Made by a program: the position numbers and the translations under genes
Notes under the pieces: model-generated
What the model was told of the DNA's origin: nothing
The model's database searches: none
The model's input: only the letters and a program-made list of their open reading frames with translations
In this document: in pieces, positions 49,497 through 59,173 of the stretch
Layout: each line of letters opens with the position of its first letter
How positions within the stretch are numbered: position 1 is the stretch's first letter
Assembly: GCA_046598245.1 (NCBI GenBank)
Contig: JBKJJC010000040.1
Coordinates: 472-64,471, forward strand
Direction of reading: 5' to 3'
DNA: 64,000 nucleotides
Source: Rhodoferax sp.
GTDB lineage: Bacteria; Pseudomonadota; Gammaproteobacteria; Burkholderiales; Burkholderiaceae_C

Positions 49497-50192
49497 ATGC
49501 CAAAAACTGACCCCGACTGGACCATCATCGTCACCGTGGATGTGGTGCTGTTTGCACTGCACGACAGACGGCTCCACGTGGTGCTGAGCCGCCGCCCGAA
49601 TGAGCCCTTTGCGGGCCAATGGGCGCTGCCCGGCGGTTATGTGCACAAGCGAGAAGACGCCGACAGCCTGGCAGCCGCACTGCGCGTGCTGCGCAGCAAG
49701 ACCGGCATCGCCCCGCCCTACCTGGAGCAGCTGTACAGCTTTGCTGATAGTGCACGTGACCCGCGTGGCTGGTCGGTCAGCCTGAGCTACTTTGCATTGG
49801 TAGACCAGGCTGTCTTGGCAAGCGCTCGTGTGGGCGAGCCGGGCCTTGGTTTTGATCTGGTGGATGTGAACGCAGTGCCGCGCCTTTCCTTTGACCACAA
49901 TCGCATCTTCGACGTAGCGCTGAAACGCCTGCGCGACAAAAGCTCCTATTCCACGCTGCCCTGCTATTTGCTACCCGAACAATTCACCTTCGCCCAGGTA
50001 CATGAGACCTACGAACATGTAATGGGCGTTGCGCTGGACAAAAGCGCCTTTCGCCGCAAACTGACCGAGATGGATGTGCTGGAAGAATGCAAGGGTCAGC
50101 GTGTTGGCGGTGCGCACCGGCCGGCACAGCTGTTCAAGGTGAGAGCCAATGTGGCAAACCGGCTGCGATTGTTAGACAGGCCGCTAGCCTGA
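49497..50192 (+). CDS. nrtR: NrtR family regulator (Nudix plus winged helix)
   Basis: TVDVV, WALPGG, degenerate Nudix box, EQLY..RDPRGW, FDH, LP..FT, FRRK and RPA.L. Confidence 0.92.
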   Translation: MPKTDPDWTIIVTVDVVLFALHDRRLHVVLSRRPNEPFAGQWALPGGYVHKREDADSLAAALRVLRSKTGIAPPYLEQLYSFADSARDPRGWSVSLSYFALVDQAVLASARVGEPGLGFDLVDVNAVPRLSFDHNRIFDVALKRLRDKSSYSTLPCYLLPEQFTFAQVHETYEHVMGVALDKSAFRRKLTEMDVLEECKGQRVGGAHRPAQLFKVRANVANRLRLLDRPLA

Positions 50193-50208
50193 GTGGGTAA
50201 GTTCGTCA

Positions 50209-50787
50209 ATGAACACCACCCACCTGCTTTACCTGCACGGCTTTCGCTCGTCGCCCGCGTCCACCAAAGCGCGCATGACGGCCGCTGCGGTGGCGGAGCG
50301 CTTTGCGGGCATGACCTGGCTGTGCCCAGCCTTGCCAGCGTCGCCCAAGCAAGCCATGGACGAGGTGCTGCGGGCGACAGCACATTGGCCGCTTGCTACC
50401 ACTGCTGTCATTGGATCATCACTGGGCGGGTTTTATGCAAACTGGCTGGCAGAGCGCTGGGGCTGCAAAGCCGTGTTGTTGAACCCAGCCGTGCGGCCTG
50501 CGCGAGACCTGGCGGCCCATCTGGGAGACCAGACCGTGTGGCACGACCCAGAACAGCACTTTGTGTTTGAAGCGGCGTATGTGGACGAGTTGATTGCATT
50601 GGAGATTGCGCACATCAGCCAACCCGATCGCTATTTTGCCGTGGTTGCGATGGGCGACGAAGTGCTGGACTGGCAGGAGATGGTGGGCCATTACGCTGGC
50701 GCCACCATCAAGTTGCTACCTGGCGGAGACCACGCATTGACCGACTACGACCACCATCTGGATGCAGTGCTGGACTTTCTGACTTAG
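50209..50787 (+). CDS. YqiA/YcfP family alpha/beta hydrolase
   Basis: YLHGFRSSP, GSSLGG, LNPA, DEVLD and GGDH motifs. Confidence 0.93.
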   Translation: MNTTHLLYLHGFRSSPASTKARMTAAAVAERFAGMTWLCPALPASPKQAMDEVLRATAHWPLATTAVIGSSLGGFYANWLAERWGCKAVLLNPAVRPARDLAAHLGDQTVWHDPEQHFVFEAAYVDELIALEIAHISQPDRYFAVVAMGDEVLDWQEMVGHYAGATIKLLPGGDHALTDYDHHLDAVLDFLT

Positions 50788-51052
50788 CGTTTACCGCGTT
50801 TGCTTATCGAACCGCAGAGCTGATCCGAGCGATGGCCGCCACCTTTGCAATGCTTGGTGTGTGCGCAGCGCTAATCACGGACAGCATGGTGCGGACTGCT
50901 TTTACCTTTGGTTACAACACTGCTAGCAATAGGCGCAACACACTTGTTCTAAGGCCGTAAGTGAGAGGCCTTTGCGCACGTTACGCGTGCTTCAACAACG
51001 TTGGTCAGATCCAGAATTGCCGCTTCAAACTTTTGAAATCAGAACACCCTCC

Positions 51053-53194
51053 ATGACTACTCTCCGATTGATCTATTTTTCACTAACCCTATTTTTGACC
51101 GCCTGGCTCAGCGCCTGCGGTGGCGGTGGCGGTGGCGACAGCAGTCTCAGCGACAGTGCGGCAGATTCATTGCTGAAGGCAGAAGCCACAAAGGTACGCA
51201 ATAGAAATTTGATTGCAACGGCCACGCAGCGCGTAGGCATCGGCATTACGGGACTTAGCTACTATGACCGCAGCTTCGCCATGGCCGATCTTGGTCGGCA
51301 ATCACAGGTGCGGGGTTTGGACTGGTCGTATAACGTGCCCGCAGATGCGGACGGAAGTCCGCGCCAGGACTTTCAGCTCATTTACTCGGCAACAAAAATA
51401 TCCGCAGGCACGTACAAGCTTGCGTTCAACGGGCGCGCTACCGTCCGTGCGGGCGGTGCCGGCTCCGTGCAAAACGCAAATTTTGATCCCATCAACAACC
51501 GCAGCACTGCGGACTTTGTGTTAGCCAACGATGCCACCGGAAACGTCTGGCTGGTGTTTAGCGATACATTTCGCAACCGCGACTCGGCGAAGGGCGACGG
51601 GGTTAACAACATTCGCCTGATGCGCCCAGGCTATGCCGTCAGTGATTCCACTTTGTTCACGACCGAGTTCATCGCAGCCATGCAACGGGTCAAACTCATC
51701 CGTGGCATGGACTTTACGAGTGCCAATACCAACCCCCAACGCATTTGGAGTGAACGCACCAAGCCAAACTACTTTGGCACGACTGGTACAAACGGTCAAA
51801 GCTGGGAACTGATGGTCGCTCTGGCCAATGCAGCGAACCGCGATATTTGGTTGAACGTGCCAGCCCGCGCAGACGATGACTACATCCGTAAACTGGCGCA
51901 ATTGGTGAAATTTGGCAGCGATGGCAGCATGCCCTACACCCACACCCAATCCAAGCCGGCCTATGCGCCACTAAAGAGCGGGCTCAAGGTCTACGTGGAG
52001 TATGGCAACGAGATATGGAACTCAGGACCCGGATTCATGGGCTTCCGGTGGGCCCTGGAATATGCCAACGCCAACATGGCAGATACAACGCACCCCATCG
52101 CATATGACAAGGCGCAAACCGACCAATACATTGCGCTGAGGCGGTGGATTGCTTACCGGTCGGCCAGTACCAGCTTGGTATTTCGAGATGTCTTTGGCGA
52201 CGCAGCCATGATGGCGACGGTGCGCCCCATCTTTGCCGGTCAGGCTGGAAATGGAAATCTCTATTTGTCCATCGGTCTGCAATGGGCCCAGTCCTTTTAC
52301 GGGCAGGTTCGCCAAACCGCGCCGACCAATCCGGTGGCGCGCAAACCCAGCGACCTCTGGTACGGCGGTGGTGGTGCTGCGTATTACGAAGGCGGCATCG
52401 ACCCTAAGGACACCTTTCCCACCACTCTGGATACGTATTTTGCAAACCTGCCAACACCAATATTTGCAAAGCTCTCCATCGCAGACTCTATCTGGACCCA
52501 TGCCTATGGTCTGAAGTATATCGCTTATGAAGGTGGCCCTGGGCCTGGTGGAAGCTCACTAGGGTCAATAGCGGGAGCTACCATTTCGCCCACGTTCAAT
52601 AACGACCCACGCATGAAAGACCGCATGCTGCTGGCCCAAGACATTTGGGACCAGGCAGGCGGCGATGAACTGGTGTACTACGTCTACAGCGGTTCCGCGC
52701 CCTGGAGCTTTAGCAATGATCTGGTACAGCAAGTCGTGTCAGACAACACCTCGGTCAAGATGCAGGCAATTGATGCCATCAACGCTAAGGCGAGACCGGC
52801 GGTTACCCTTGGTAGCCTGGTGCCTGGCACCGTTCAACTGAAAGACCCAGCCTCCCAAACCATCGGTAAAGACAGCGCTACGTGGGCGCTCAACAATACG
52901 GCCTATCTATTGCGCCCGTCGGCGATTGGCACCTACATATTGGTGCCTATTCGTACAACCACAGCTGGCACCTACCAACTTTCGCTCAAGCTTGGCACCC
53001 AGGTTACCGGCACAGTGGCGTTGCATGTCAATGGCGCTAACGTAGGTGACATGACGCTCTCCCCAGACCCACAAAGCACCACGGCCCTGAGTTCAAAAAT
53101 CGTTGCTACTTTGCCTGCGGGCCTGTCGGTGGTGCGGGTGGACTTGCCTAGAAGCACGCAAGACATATTTGTGGTGGGCCTGGTGGTTCAGTGA
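51053..53194 (+). CDS. large lipoprotein, putative glycoside hydrolase with C-terminal beta-sandwich
   Basis: lipobox LSAC plus Gly linker; IR.MD, W.NVP, VEYGNEIWN and AYEGG motifs. Confidence 0.65.
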   Translation: MTTLRLIYFSLTLFLTAWLSACGGGGGGDSSLSDSAADSLLKAEATKVRNRNLIATATQRVGIGITGLSYYDRSFAMADLGRQSQVRGLDWSYNVPADADGSPRQDFQLIYSATKISAGTYKLAFNGRATVRAGGAGSVQNANFDPINNRSTADFVLANDATGNVWLVFSDTFRNRDSAKGDGVNNIRLMRPGYAVSDSTLFTTEFIAAMQRVKLIRGMDFTSANTNPQRIWSERTKPNYFGTTGTNGQSWELMVALANAANRDIWLNVPARADDDYIRKLAQLVKFGSDGSMPYTHTQSKPAYAPLKSGLKVYVEYGNEIWNSGPGFMGFRWALEYANANMADTTHPIAYDKAQTDQYIALRRWIAYRSASTSLVFRDVFGDAAMMATVRPIFAGQAGNGNLYLSIGLQWAQSFYGQVRQTAPTNPVARKPSDLWYGGGGAAYYEGGIDPKDTFPTTLDTYFANLPTPIFAKLSIADSIWTHAYGLKYIAYEGGPGPGGSSLGSIAGATISPTFNNDPRMKDRMLLAQDIWDQAGGDELVYYVYSGSAPWSFSNDLVQQVVSDNTSVKMQAIDAINAKARPAVTLGSLVPGTVQLKDPASQTIGKDSATWALNNTAYLLRPSAIGTYILVPIRTTTAGTYQLSLKLGTQVTGTVALHVNGANVGDMTLSPDPQSTTALSSKIVATLPAGLSVVRVDLPRSTQDIFVVGLVVQ

Positions 53195-53228
53195 TGGGGT
53201 ATGGATTTGCACCGCGCGCGCAACATTA

Positions 53229-53290
53229 GCTATAAACTTTATAGCTAATTAGTCACAACCCGCGGGGGCTAGAGGCCAAAATGTCTATAT
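53229..53290 (+). repeat. dispersed repeat family A
   Basis: GCTATAAACTTTATAGC..CGCGGGGGCTAGAGGCC. Confidence 0.82.
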
Positions 53291-53441
53291 TCCGCAATTA
53301 AAGTTGTGAGCACCATCGGTTGAGGCCAGCAAGAGCCAGATCACTCCACGCCATAGTGTCTCGGTATACTCAAGCCCGACATTTATACAGGCACTGTCCG
53401 ATCCAGGGCGTTTGCGTTTCCCTAGGTGGCAGAGGAAAAAG

Positions 53442-54107
53442 ATGATGAAACAATTGGCATTCGTGGCGGCGTTCGGTTTAATGTCCCAGGCCTTCGCGGG
53501 ACCGTTTGGGTTGAGCCAGGGTATGGCCATTGAGGAAGTAGTCAAGCTGGGCCAATTTGTCCCCGCAGAGGGTACATACACGTACGTCGCAAAGAAGCTT
53601 ACCAATAGCCACGCTGATTTCGACACCTACGGCATTTTGTTGACGCCTAAACAAGGCTTGTGCAGTATTGTTGCCGTCAGCAAAGACATTTACTCCAACC
53701 CCTACGGCCATCAACTTAAGAGTAAGTTTAATGAGTTGACCAATGCGGTGTCTCAGAAATATGGTATCCCGCAAGCCCACTTTGACATATCCCGAACTTT
53801 TGATTTCTCCAGGAATTTTGGCTTCTGGAATATGGAGGGCATGTGGATTGAGGACAATACTTGGATGGACAGTCTGCTCGCTAGAACCAGGACCTTGAAC
53901 GCGAGATGGGACGAGGTGAGGCGGATCAACATCAATGATGAATCGATTCCCGCCCCAAACCTTTTGCTGCCAGACTCCATCGAACGGATAAGTTTGAACA
54001 CTTTGGCGCGTTCGGCAAATCGAGGATATATGCGACTTGAATACCGCTTTAGCAACTACGCGGCCTGCCTTGGAGAGGTAGAGTTAAAGAAGAATTCGAA
54101 CTTGTAA
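53442..54107 (+). CDS. hypothetical secreted protein
   Basis: signal peptide then GPFGLSQGM; lower GC than flanks. Confidence 0.7.
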   Translation: MMKQLAFVAAFGLMSQAFAGPFGLSQGMAIEEVVKLGQFVPAEGTYTYVAKKLTNSHADFDTYGILLTPKQGLCSIVAVSKDIYSNPYGHQLKSKFNELTNAVSQKYGIPQAHFDISRTFDFSRNFGFWNMEGMWIEDNTWMDSLLARTRTLNARWDEVRRININDESIPAPNLLLPDSIERISLNTLARSANRGYMRLEYRFSNYAACLGEVELKKNSNL

Positions 54108-54293
54108 TCTCGTGTTCATTGCCAATATGGTCGGAGACAAGCTATCTATGAATTTGTCTGTCCATCGCAAAGTTTCCTCGGCGATAAGTCTGAGACAAAG
54201 ACGCCAGAAGCCCAAGTATTGCTGCAAGCTATATCAATAAAGTCAGAGACAGCTAGAGTGGTCAGTTACCGACTTTCGCGCAGCTCAAAGCGG

Positions 54294-54380
54294 TCATAAC
54301 GTAAAAGTGACCGGAACACCAACATGAACGGCGAAGCCGCGGCCTGCCGTTATAGGTCCGTGTCGATTGGCAAGTTGGAA
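54294..54380 (-). mobile_element. integron-type attC site (no integrase in window)
   Basis: minus strand TTCCAAC..GAC[A]CGGA..TCCGGTC..GTTATGA: inverse core, paired L boxes with an extrahelical base, core; begins just after the gene stop. Confidence 0.65.
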
Positions 54381-54381
54381 G

Positions 54382-54933
54382 TCATTCTTCTAGCGGCTTG
54401 ACTTCAAGCTGATCCCAAAACATCTGCCGCAGTTCTTGCAAACGCTCATTTGGACTATCCCACGGCTTGAGGTCGAAGGCCGTCCCAAGTAACTCGAGAA
54501 CTCTGCGTTCATCATCACCCATGTCCGGACGGAATCGCTTCCGAGCGAGTTCGGTTAGAGTAACTTGCGGTTGGTGCTGTAATTCCTCGAGCTGGAAGTA
54601 CCCGAACCGGCATCCGAGAGACAGAAACTCTCGGAGATCCTTTCCCACGATGTGATTCGGGGTGTCGGAGCAAGCGACTGTCATGACAACGGGCGAGTTC
54701 TCACGAATTTCTCCATCGTAAAGAATGAAGCCGAAATGAACTCCATCCCCGCCTGTATGGGCGAACGTGCATGAATTCACGGGAGTACACCAGTAGCCGA
54801 AGTGCTTGGGAGGTGCATGCAAGTAGAGGCCTGGCTTTTCGAAGAACCAGTTGCCGTCGCAGGTGGGGTCTTCAGGATTTCCGCCCGCTAGTTCCCAAAG
54901 CTTAAGAAAGGATGGTGGATAGGTGGCCTGCAT
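54382..54933 (-). CDS. hypothetical cassette gene, possibly SUKH/Smi1-like immunity protein
   Basis: FAHTGGDGVHF..SPVV..L.EFL pattern; atypical codon usage. Confidence 0.6.
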   Translation of the reverse strand: MQATYPPSFLKLWELAGGNPEDPTCDGNWFFEKPGLYLHAPPKHFGYWCTPVNSCTFAHTGGDGVHFGFILYDGEIRENSPVVMTVACSDTPNHIVGKDLREFLSLGCRFGYFQLEELQHQPQVTLTELARKRFRPDMGDDERRVLELLGTAFDLKPWDSPNERLQELRQMFWDQLEVKPLEE

Positions 54934-55298
54934 AACTTCAACGTAATGTCCAGAGCAAAACCTGCTCTAGAAGATGGCCTCTGCTCCATAAGTTGGACAT
55001 AAAACTCCAAAAAATTTGAAGCCAGTATTGGCTCGTGACGGATAGCGCCGAAATTTCAGGTCAATAAAAACACCATGAAACACCGCAGCTGTTGCGTTCA
55101 GATTCTAGGGGTGATTGACAGGTCTAGGGCGACCAGAACGGCCGCAGCTGGCCCAAAACAGCCGACAACGATTTACCCAAATCGACCCAAAGCGGAGGTG
55201 GCCTCCGCGGTTTCTGATACCCGCTCTACAGCAGGTACCACCATTGTTTTTACCCTCGAAAATTCACGGTTTGGGCTTCACAGCTGGATCCGTACGGC

Positions 55299-55781
55299 TC
55301 AATGAACCCGCAGTACTTCAAACTGCTGTCGGATTGAAGCGACCTGAATCGACACCTCTTCACCCTCGCATTTACCCAGCATGGCCCTGCCCAAAGGAGA
55401 TTCGCTGCTGATAACCTGAACGAGCTGAGAACCGCTGACCAACTTCATGCTGCCTCCATCCGGGCCGAGAAAGAGCTGTTGCTGCTTGTCGTCGGAACAG
55501 ACCAAACAGACCAGCGCGCCGAGCTGTATACCGTTGTTGGCGTCGTAGGGCCGCGGTCGGAATTGGCGCCAATTGGCCATCGCTAGGCGGATGGCTTCGG
55601 CGCGAAGGGCTTGTCCGGTCGCTAGGTAGGCGGCTTCGAGTCCCAAGGTGTCGTATTTATTTTCAGCGACGTTTTCTTGGTGGGTCGCCGTTTCATGGGC
55701 CGCCCGTACTGCTTGTTCGACTCGCAGCAAATCTTCGGCGAGCCGTTCCAGCACCTGGTGCTGCAGCAAGAATTTATCCAT
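55299..55781 (-). CDS. GreA/GreB-family related protein
   Basis: AENKYDT, GALV and IS.ESPLGRAMLGK..GE motifs. Confidence 0.82.
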   Translation of the reverse strand: MDKFLLQHQVLERLAEDLLRVEQAVRAAHETATHQENVAENKYDTLGLEAAYLATGQALRAEAIRLAMANWRQFRPRPYDANNGIQLGALVCLVCSDDKQQQLFLGPDGGSMKLVSGSQLVQVISSESPLGRAMLGKCEGEEVSIQVASIRQQFEVLRVH

Positions 55782-55924
55782 GATGAAAGGTCTATATCTC
55801 TAACAAGCGAGGAGCAGGCCTTGATTATGAAGGCCTCCGTTGTTGAGTGATCGAAAGTCACTTAGCAGTGGACTAGAAGTAACGAATACGAGAGCAAAGC
55901 TCTTCTACACGGTCAATCGCGTTT

Positions 55925-56012
55925 CTGTTCATTCCGGTATTTCCCCTAGGTGTCCCGCCCAGTCGCATTTCGTCGCAAACCGGGTGCAATCCATTTCCAG
56001 CAGAAATACATT
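55925..56012 (+). promoter_or_regulatory. promoter region conserved with 43415-43502 (GTGCAA-N17-TACATT)
   Basis: long identical blocks such as CAAACCGGGTGCA and GAAATACATTCTCTTCAACGGGCCGCA. Confidence 0.6.
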
Positions 56013-56054
56013 CTCTTCAACGGGCCGCATTGGCCCCAATTTGGAGAGATCAAC

Positions 56055-56246
56055 ATGTTTACTGCCTCGAACACCGCTACCCGCTTGGCCAGCTTCACTT
56101 TCGCTGTTCTGATGGTCATGGCCTTCAACGGCAGTATGCTGGTGACATTCGACAACGTTGCAACCTCAACTTCCGCTGCCCAAAGCGCTAAGGTTCGCCA
56201 AGTGGCGGTGCTTGAAACCGTCACGATCGTTGGTCGCCGCAGCTAA
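56055..56246 (+). CDS. 63-aa small protein, paralog 2
   Basis: GGAG RBS; paralog of 43545-43736. Confidence 0.85.
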   Translation: MFTASNTATRLASFTFAVLMVMAFNGSMLVTFDNVATSTSAAQSAKVRQVAVLETVTIVGRRS

Positions 56247-56264
56247 GCAGCAGGAATAGGTGCC

Positions 56265-56468
56265 GTGAACGCACTTCTGTTCCTGGTGGTCTGGCTCGTC
56301 TTGCTTGTCGTGAGCTGGCCCCTGGCATTCCTGGCGCTCGTCGTTTGGCCGATCGTCTGGCTCATCTCACTACCTCTGACTCTGGTAGGCATCGCGGTCG
56401 GAGCTGTATTCGCACTCATCAAAGCCATCCTGTACTTGCCGGCCCGAATCTTGGGTTACAGAGCCTGA
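56265..56468 (+). CDS. small hydrophobic membrane protein
   Basis: 67 aa, almost wholly hydrophobic with WP/LP periodicity; AGGA RBS. Confidence 0.7.
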   Translation: MNALLFLVVWLVLLVVSWPLAFLALVVWPIVWLISLPLTLVGIAVGAVFALIKAILYLPARILGYRA

Positions 56469-56642
56469 TTCCCTGCGAATCACAGGCCGGCGTCTAGGAG
56501 TTGATGCCGACAGTAGTGACCGGCTAACTTGGCTTCTCCAGAACAGTCATAGCGACAAGACTGCAGTTGGCCCGCTCTAGTCGGAGGAACGGGCTGTTTG
56601 CGACTTAAATTGCGCGGAATAAATCGCAATGTAAAAACGAAA

Positions 56643-58553
56643 TTACTCCACTGTCACACTCTTTGCCAGGTTGCGGGGCTTGTCTACATCGGTGCCGCGC
56701 GCGCATGCAGTGTGGTAGGCCAACAATTGCAGCGGCACCACGTGCAGCAGCGGCGATAACTCGCCATAGTGCTCCGGCATACGAATCACATGCATGCCCT
56801 CGCCGCTCTCGATGCGCGTGTCTGCATCGGCCAGCACATACAACACGCCGCCACGGGCGCGCACCTCGTGCAGATTGCTCTTGAGCTTTTCCAACAGTGC
56901 GTCGTTGGGTGCGACGGTGACCACCGGCATCTCGCTGGTCACCAGCGCCAGCGGGCCGTGTTTTAGCTCACCGGCGGCGTAGGCCTCGGCATGGATGTAG
57001 GTGATCTCTTTGAGCTTAAGTGCGCCTTCCATGGCTATCGGGTAATGCAGGCCACGGCCCAGGAACAGCGCGTTCTCTTTCTGCGCAAAGTCTTCCGACC
57101 AGCTGATGAGTTGTGGCTCCAATGCCAGCACGGCCTGCAAGGCTGCGGGCAAGTGACGCATCGCTTTGAGGTGGCGTTGTTCTTCGCTCTCGGGCAGTCG
57201 TCCCTTGGCCTGCGCCAGCGCCAGGGTCAGCAGGAACAGGCCCGCCAACTGCGTGGTGAAGGCTTTGGTGGATGCCACGCCAATCTCAACCCCGGCACGG
57301 GTCACATAGGCCAGACTGCATTCACGCACCATGGCGCTGGTCGCCACATTGCAAATGGTCAGCGTGTGGTGCATGCCCAGGCTTTGGGCGTGGCGCAACG
57401 CAGCCAAGGTGTCGGCGGTCTCACCCGACTGGGTGATGGTGACCACCAGCGTCTTGGGGTTGGGCACGGACTCGCGGTAGCGGTATTCGCTGGCCACTTC
57501 CACCTGGGTTGGCACCTTGGCAATGCTCTCCAGCCAATACTTGGCGGTGCAGCCACTGTAGTAACTGGTGCCGCAGGCCAAGATCAGCACCGAGTCGATC
57601 TCGGCAAACACGCGCGCCGCATTTGCGCCGGGCTTGTGGTTCATTTGCTGGTCAAACAACTCGGGGACGATGCCCTCCACACCTTCGAGCGTGTCGGCAA
57701 TGGCGCGGGGCTGCTCAAAAATCTCTTTCTGCATGTAGTGGCGATACGGGCCCAGCTCGGCCGCGCCGCTGTGCGCCAGCACGGTCTTTACCGGGCGCTG
57801 CGCCGGGGCGACCGGCTTGCGGGCCTTGTCGACCAGCCAATATTTGCCCAACTGCACGTCGACCATGTCGCCTTCGTCCAGGTAGACGATCTGGTCAGTC
57901 ACACCGGCCAGTGCCATCGCGTCGCTAGCCAGAAAGTGCTCTTGCCCGTCTTTGCCCACGCCCAGAATCAGCGGCGAACCAGCCCGCGCGCCGACCAGGC
58001 GGTGTGGCTCGTCTTTGCAAAACACGGCGATGGCGTAGGCGCCATGCAGTTGGCTGACCGTCGCCTGCACGGCTTCAAACAGGTCACCGTTGTAAATGCT
58101 GTCCACCAGGTGGGCGATGACTTCGGTATCGGTCTGGCTGACAAACACATAACCCTTGGCTTTGAGTGCGGCGCGAAGTTCGTCGTGGTTCTCGATGATG
58201 CCGTTGTGCACCAGCGCAATGCGGCCGGGGCGCTGGTGTGCGTCAGCACCCGCGCCGTGGCTGAAGTGGGGATGGGCATTGCTGACCGAGGGCGCACCAT
58301 GCGTGGCCCAGCGGGTGTGGGCGATGCCCAGGCTGCCGCTCAGACCAGGGTGGTCGGCCGCTGGCGCTACCTGCGCAATGAGTTCGGCCACCCGAGAGGT
58401 GCTCCGGGCCCGGCGCAAACCGGATTGATCGGCATCGTGCGCATACACGGCCACGCCGCAAGAGTCATAACCCCGGTATTCCAGACGCTCCAGGCCTTGG
58501 ACCAAAACCGGAACAATGTTGCGGGTCGATACCGCGCCGACGATGCCACACAT
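56643..58553 (-). CDS. glmS: glutamine--fructose-6-phosphate transaminase
   Basis: [22 protein letters not shown] and [11 protein letters not shown]. Confidence 0.99.
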   Translation of the reverse strand: MCGIVGAVSTRNIVPVLVQGLERLEYRGYDSCGVAVYAHDADQSGLRRARSTSRVAELIAQVAPAADHPGLSGSLGIAHTRWATHGAPSVSNAHPHFSHGAGADAHQRPGRIALVHNGIIENHDELRAALKAKGYVFVSQTDTEVIAHLVDSIYNGDLFEAVQATVSQLHGAYAIAVFCKDEPHRLVGARAGSPLILGVGKDGQEHFLASDAMALAGVTDQIVYLDEGDMVDVQLGKYWLVDKARKPVAPAQRPVKTVLAHSGAAELGPYRHYMQKEIFEQPRAIADTLEGVEGIVPELFDQQMNHKPGANAARVFAEIDSVLILACGTSYYSGCTAKYWLESIAKVPTQVEVASEYRYRESVPNPKTLVVTITQSGETADTLAALRHAQSLGMHHTLTICNVATSAMVRECSLAYVTRAGVEIGVASTKAFTTQLAGLFLLTLALAQAKGRLPESEEQRHLKAMRHLPAALQAVLALEPQLISWSEDFAQKENALFLGRGLHYPIAMEGALKLKEITYIHAEAYAAGELKHGPLALVTSEMPVVTVAPNDALLEKLKSNLHEVRARGGVLYVLADADTRIESGEGMHVIRMPEHYGELSPLLHVVPLQLLAYHTACARGTDVDKPRNLAKSVTVE

Positions 58554-58690
58554 ATTTGCATTCCTATAAAACCGAAGATGGCAGATAGTAGTGCTGTGTA
58601 AAAAAAATTATTGCTCATATTTATTGAAAATTTGAAAGATAATTCCACACAGTAAAAATATTGGAATTAAATTTCAATTTGTTAAATATT

Positions 58691-59173
58691 ATGAAATTAT
58701 TAGAAGTTGACGCTATCGATTTACAGCTGCTTGCGCAACTGCAACGTGACGCAAGTTTGAGCAACCAAGCGCTCGCTGAACACATCCACACGTCGCCGCC
58801 AACCTGCCTGCGCCGCGTCAAGCGACTGCGAGAGGCGGGTCTAATCGAGCGGCAGATCGCCATCCTGAACCCCGAAAAGCTGACCGCCACGATAGGGTTT
58901 GGGCTGACCGCCATTGTGGAGATCACGCTGGACCGGCAAGACGCCCAAGCTCTGGAACAGTTCGAAAGCCGAGTGGCCGATGAGGCTGCGGTGCAGCAGT
59001 GTTACCGCGTCTCCCCTGGGCCGGATTTTGTGCTGGTAGTGCACGCGGCCAATATGCCGGCCTACCAGGCGCTAACGCAGCGGCTGTTCACCAACGATGC
59101 AAATGTGCGCAACACCAAGGCGTTTTTTAGTATCAAGCGCAGCAAGTTTGGGGCGGAGTTGCCGCTGGTCTAG
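58691..59173 (+). CDS. Lrp/AsnC family transcriptional regulator
   Basis: D.ID..LL..LQ HTH, CLRRVKRL..G.I, C.RVS...DF. Confidence 0.92.
   Translation: MKLLEVDAIDLQLLAQLQRDASLSNQALAEHIHTSPPTCLRRVKRLREAGLIERQIAILNPEKLTATIGFGLTAIVEITLDRQDAQALEQFESRVADEAAVQQCYRVSPGPDFVLVVHAANMPAYQALTQRLFTNDANVRNTKAFFSIKRSKFGAELPLV

Noticed and set aside
43415-56246. The two microprotein loci as direct repeats bounding a 12.5-kb mobile island
   Set aside because: Copies are substantially diverged, no integrase is present, and the interval includes a likely core gene (yqiA-like)
56560-56680. Tn7-like insertion at attTn7 downstream of glmS
   Set aside because: No TGT-initiated end with TnsB-site repeats at the expected distance, and no tns genes
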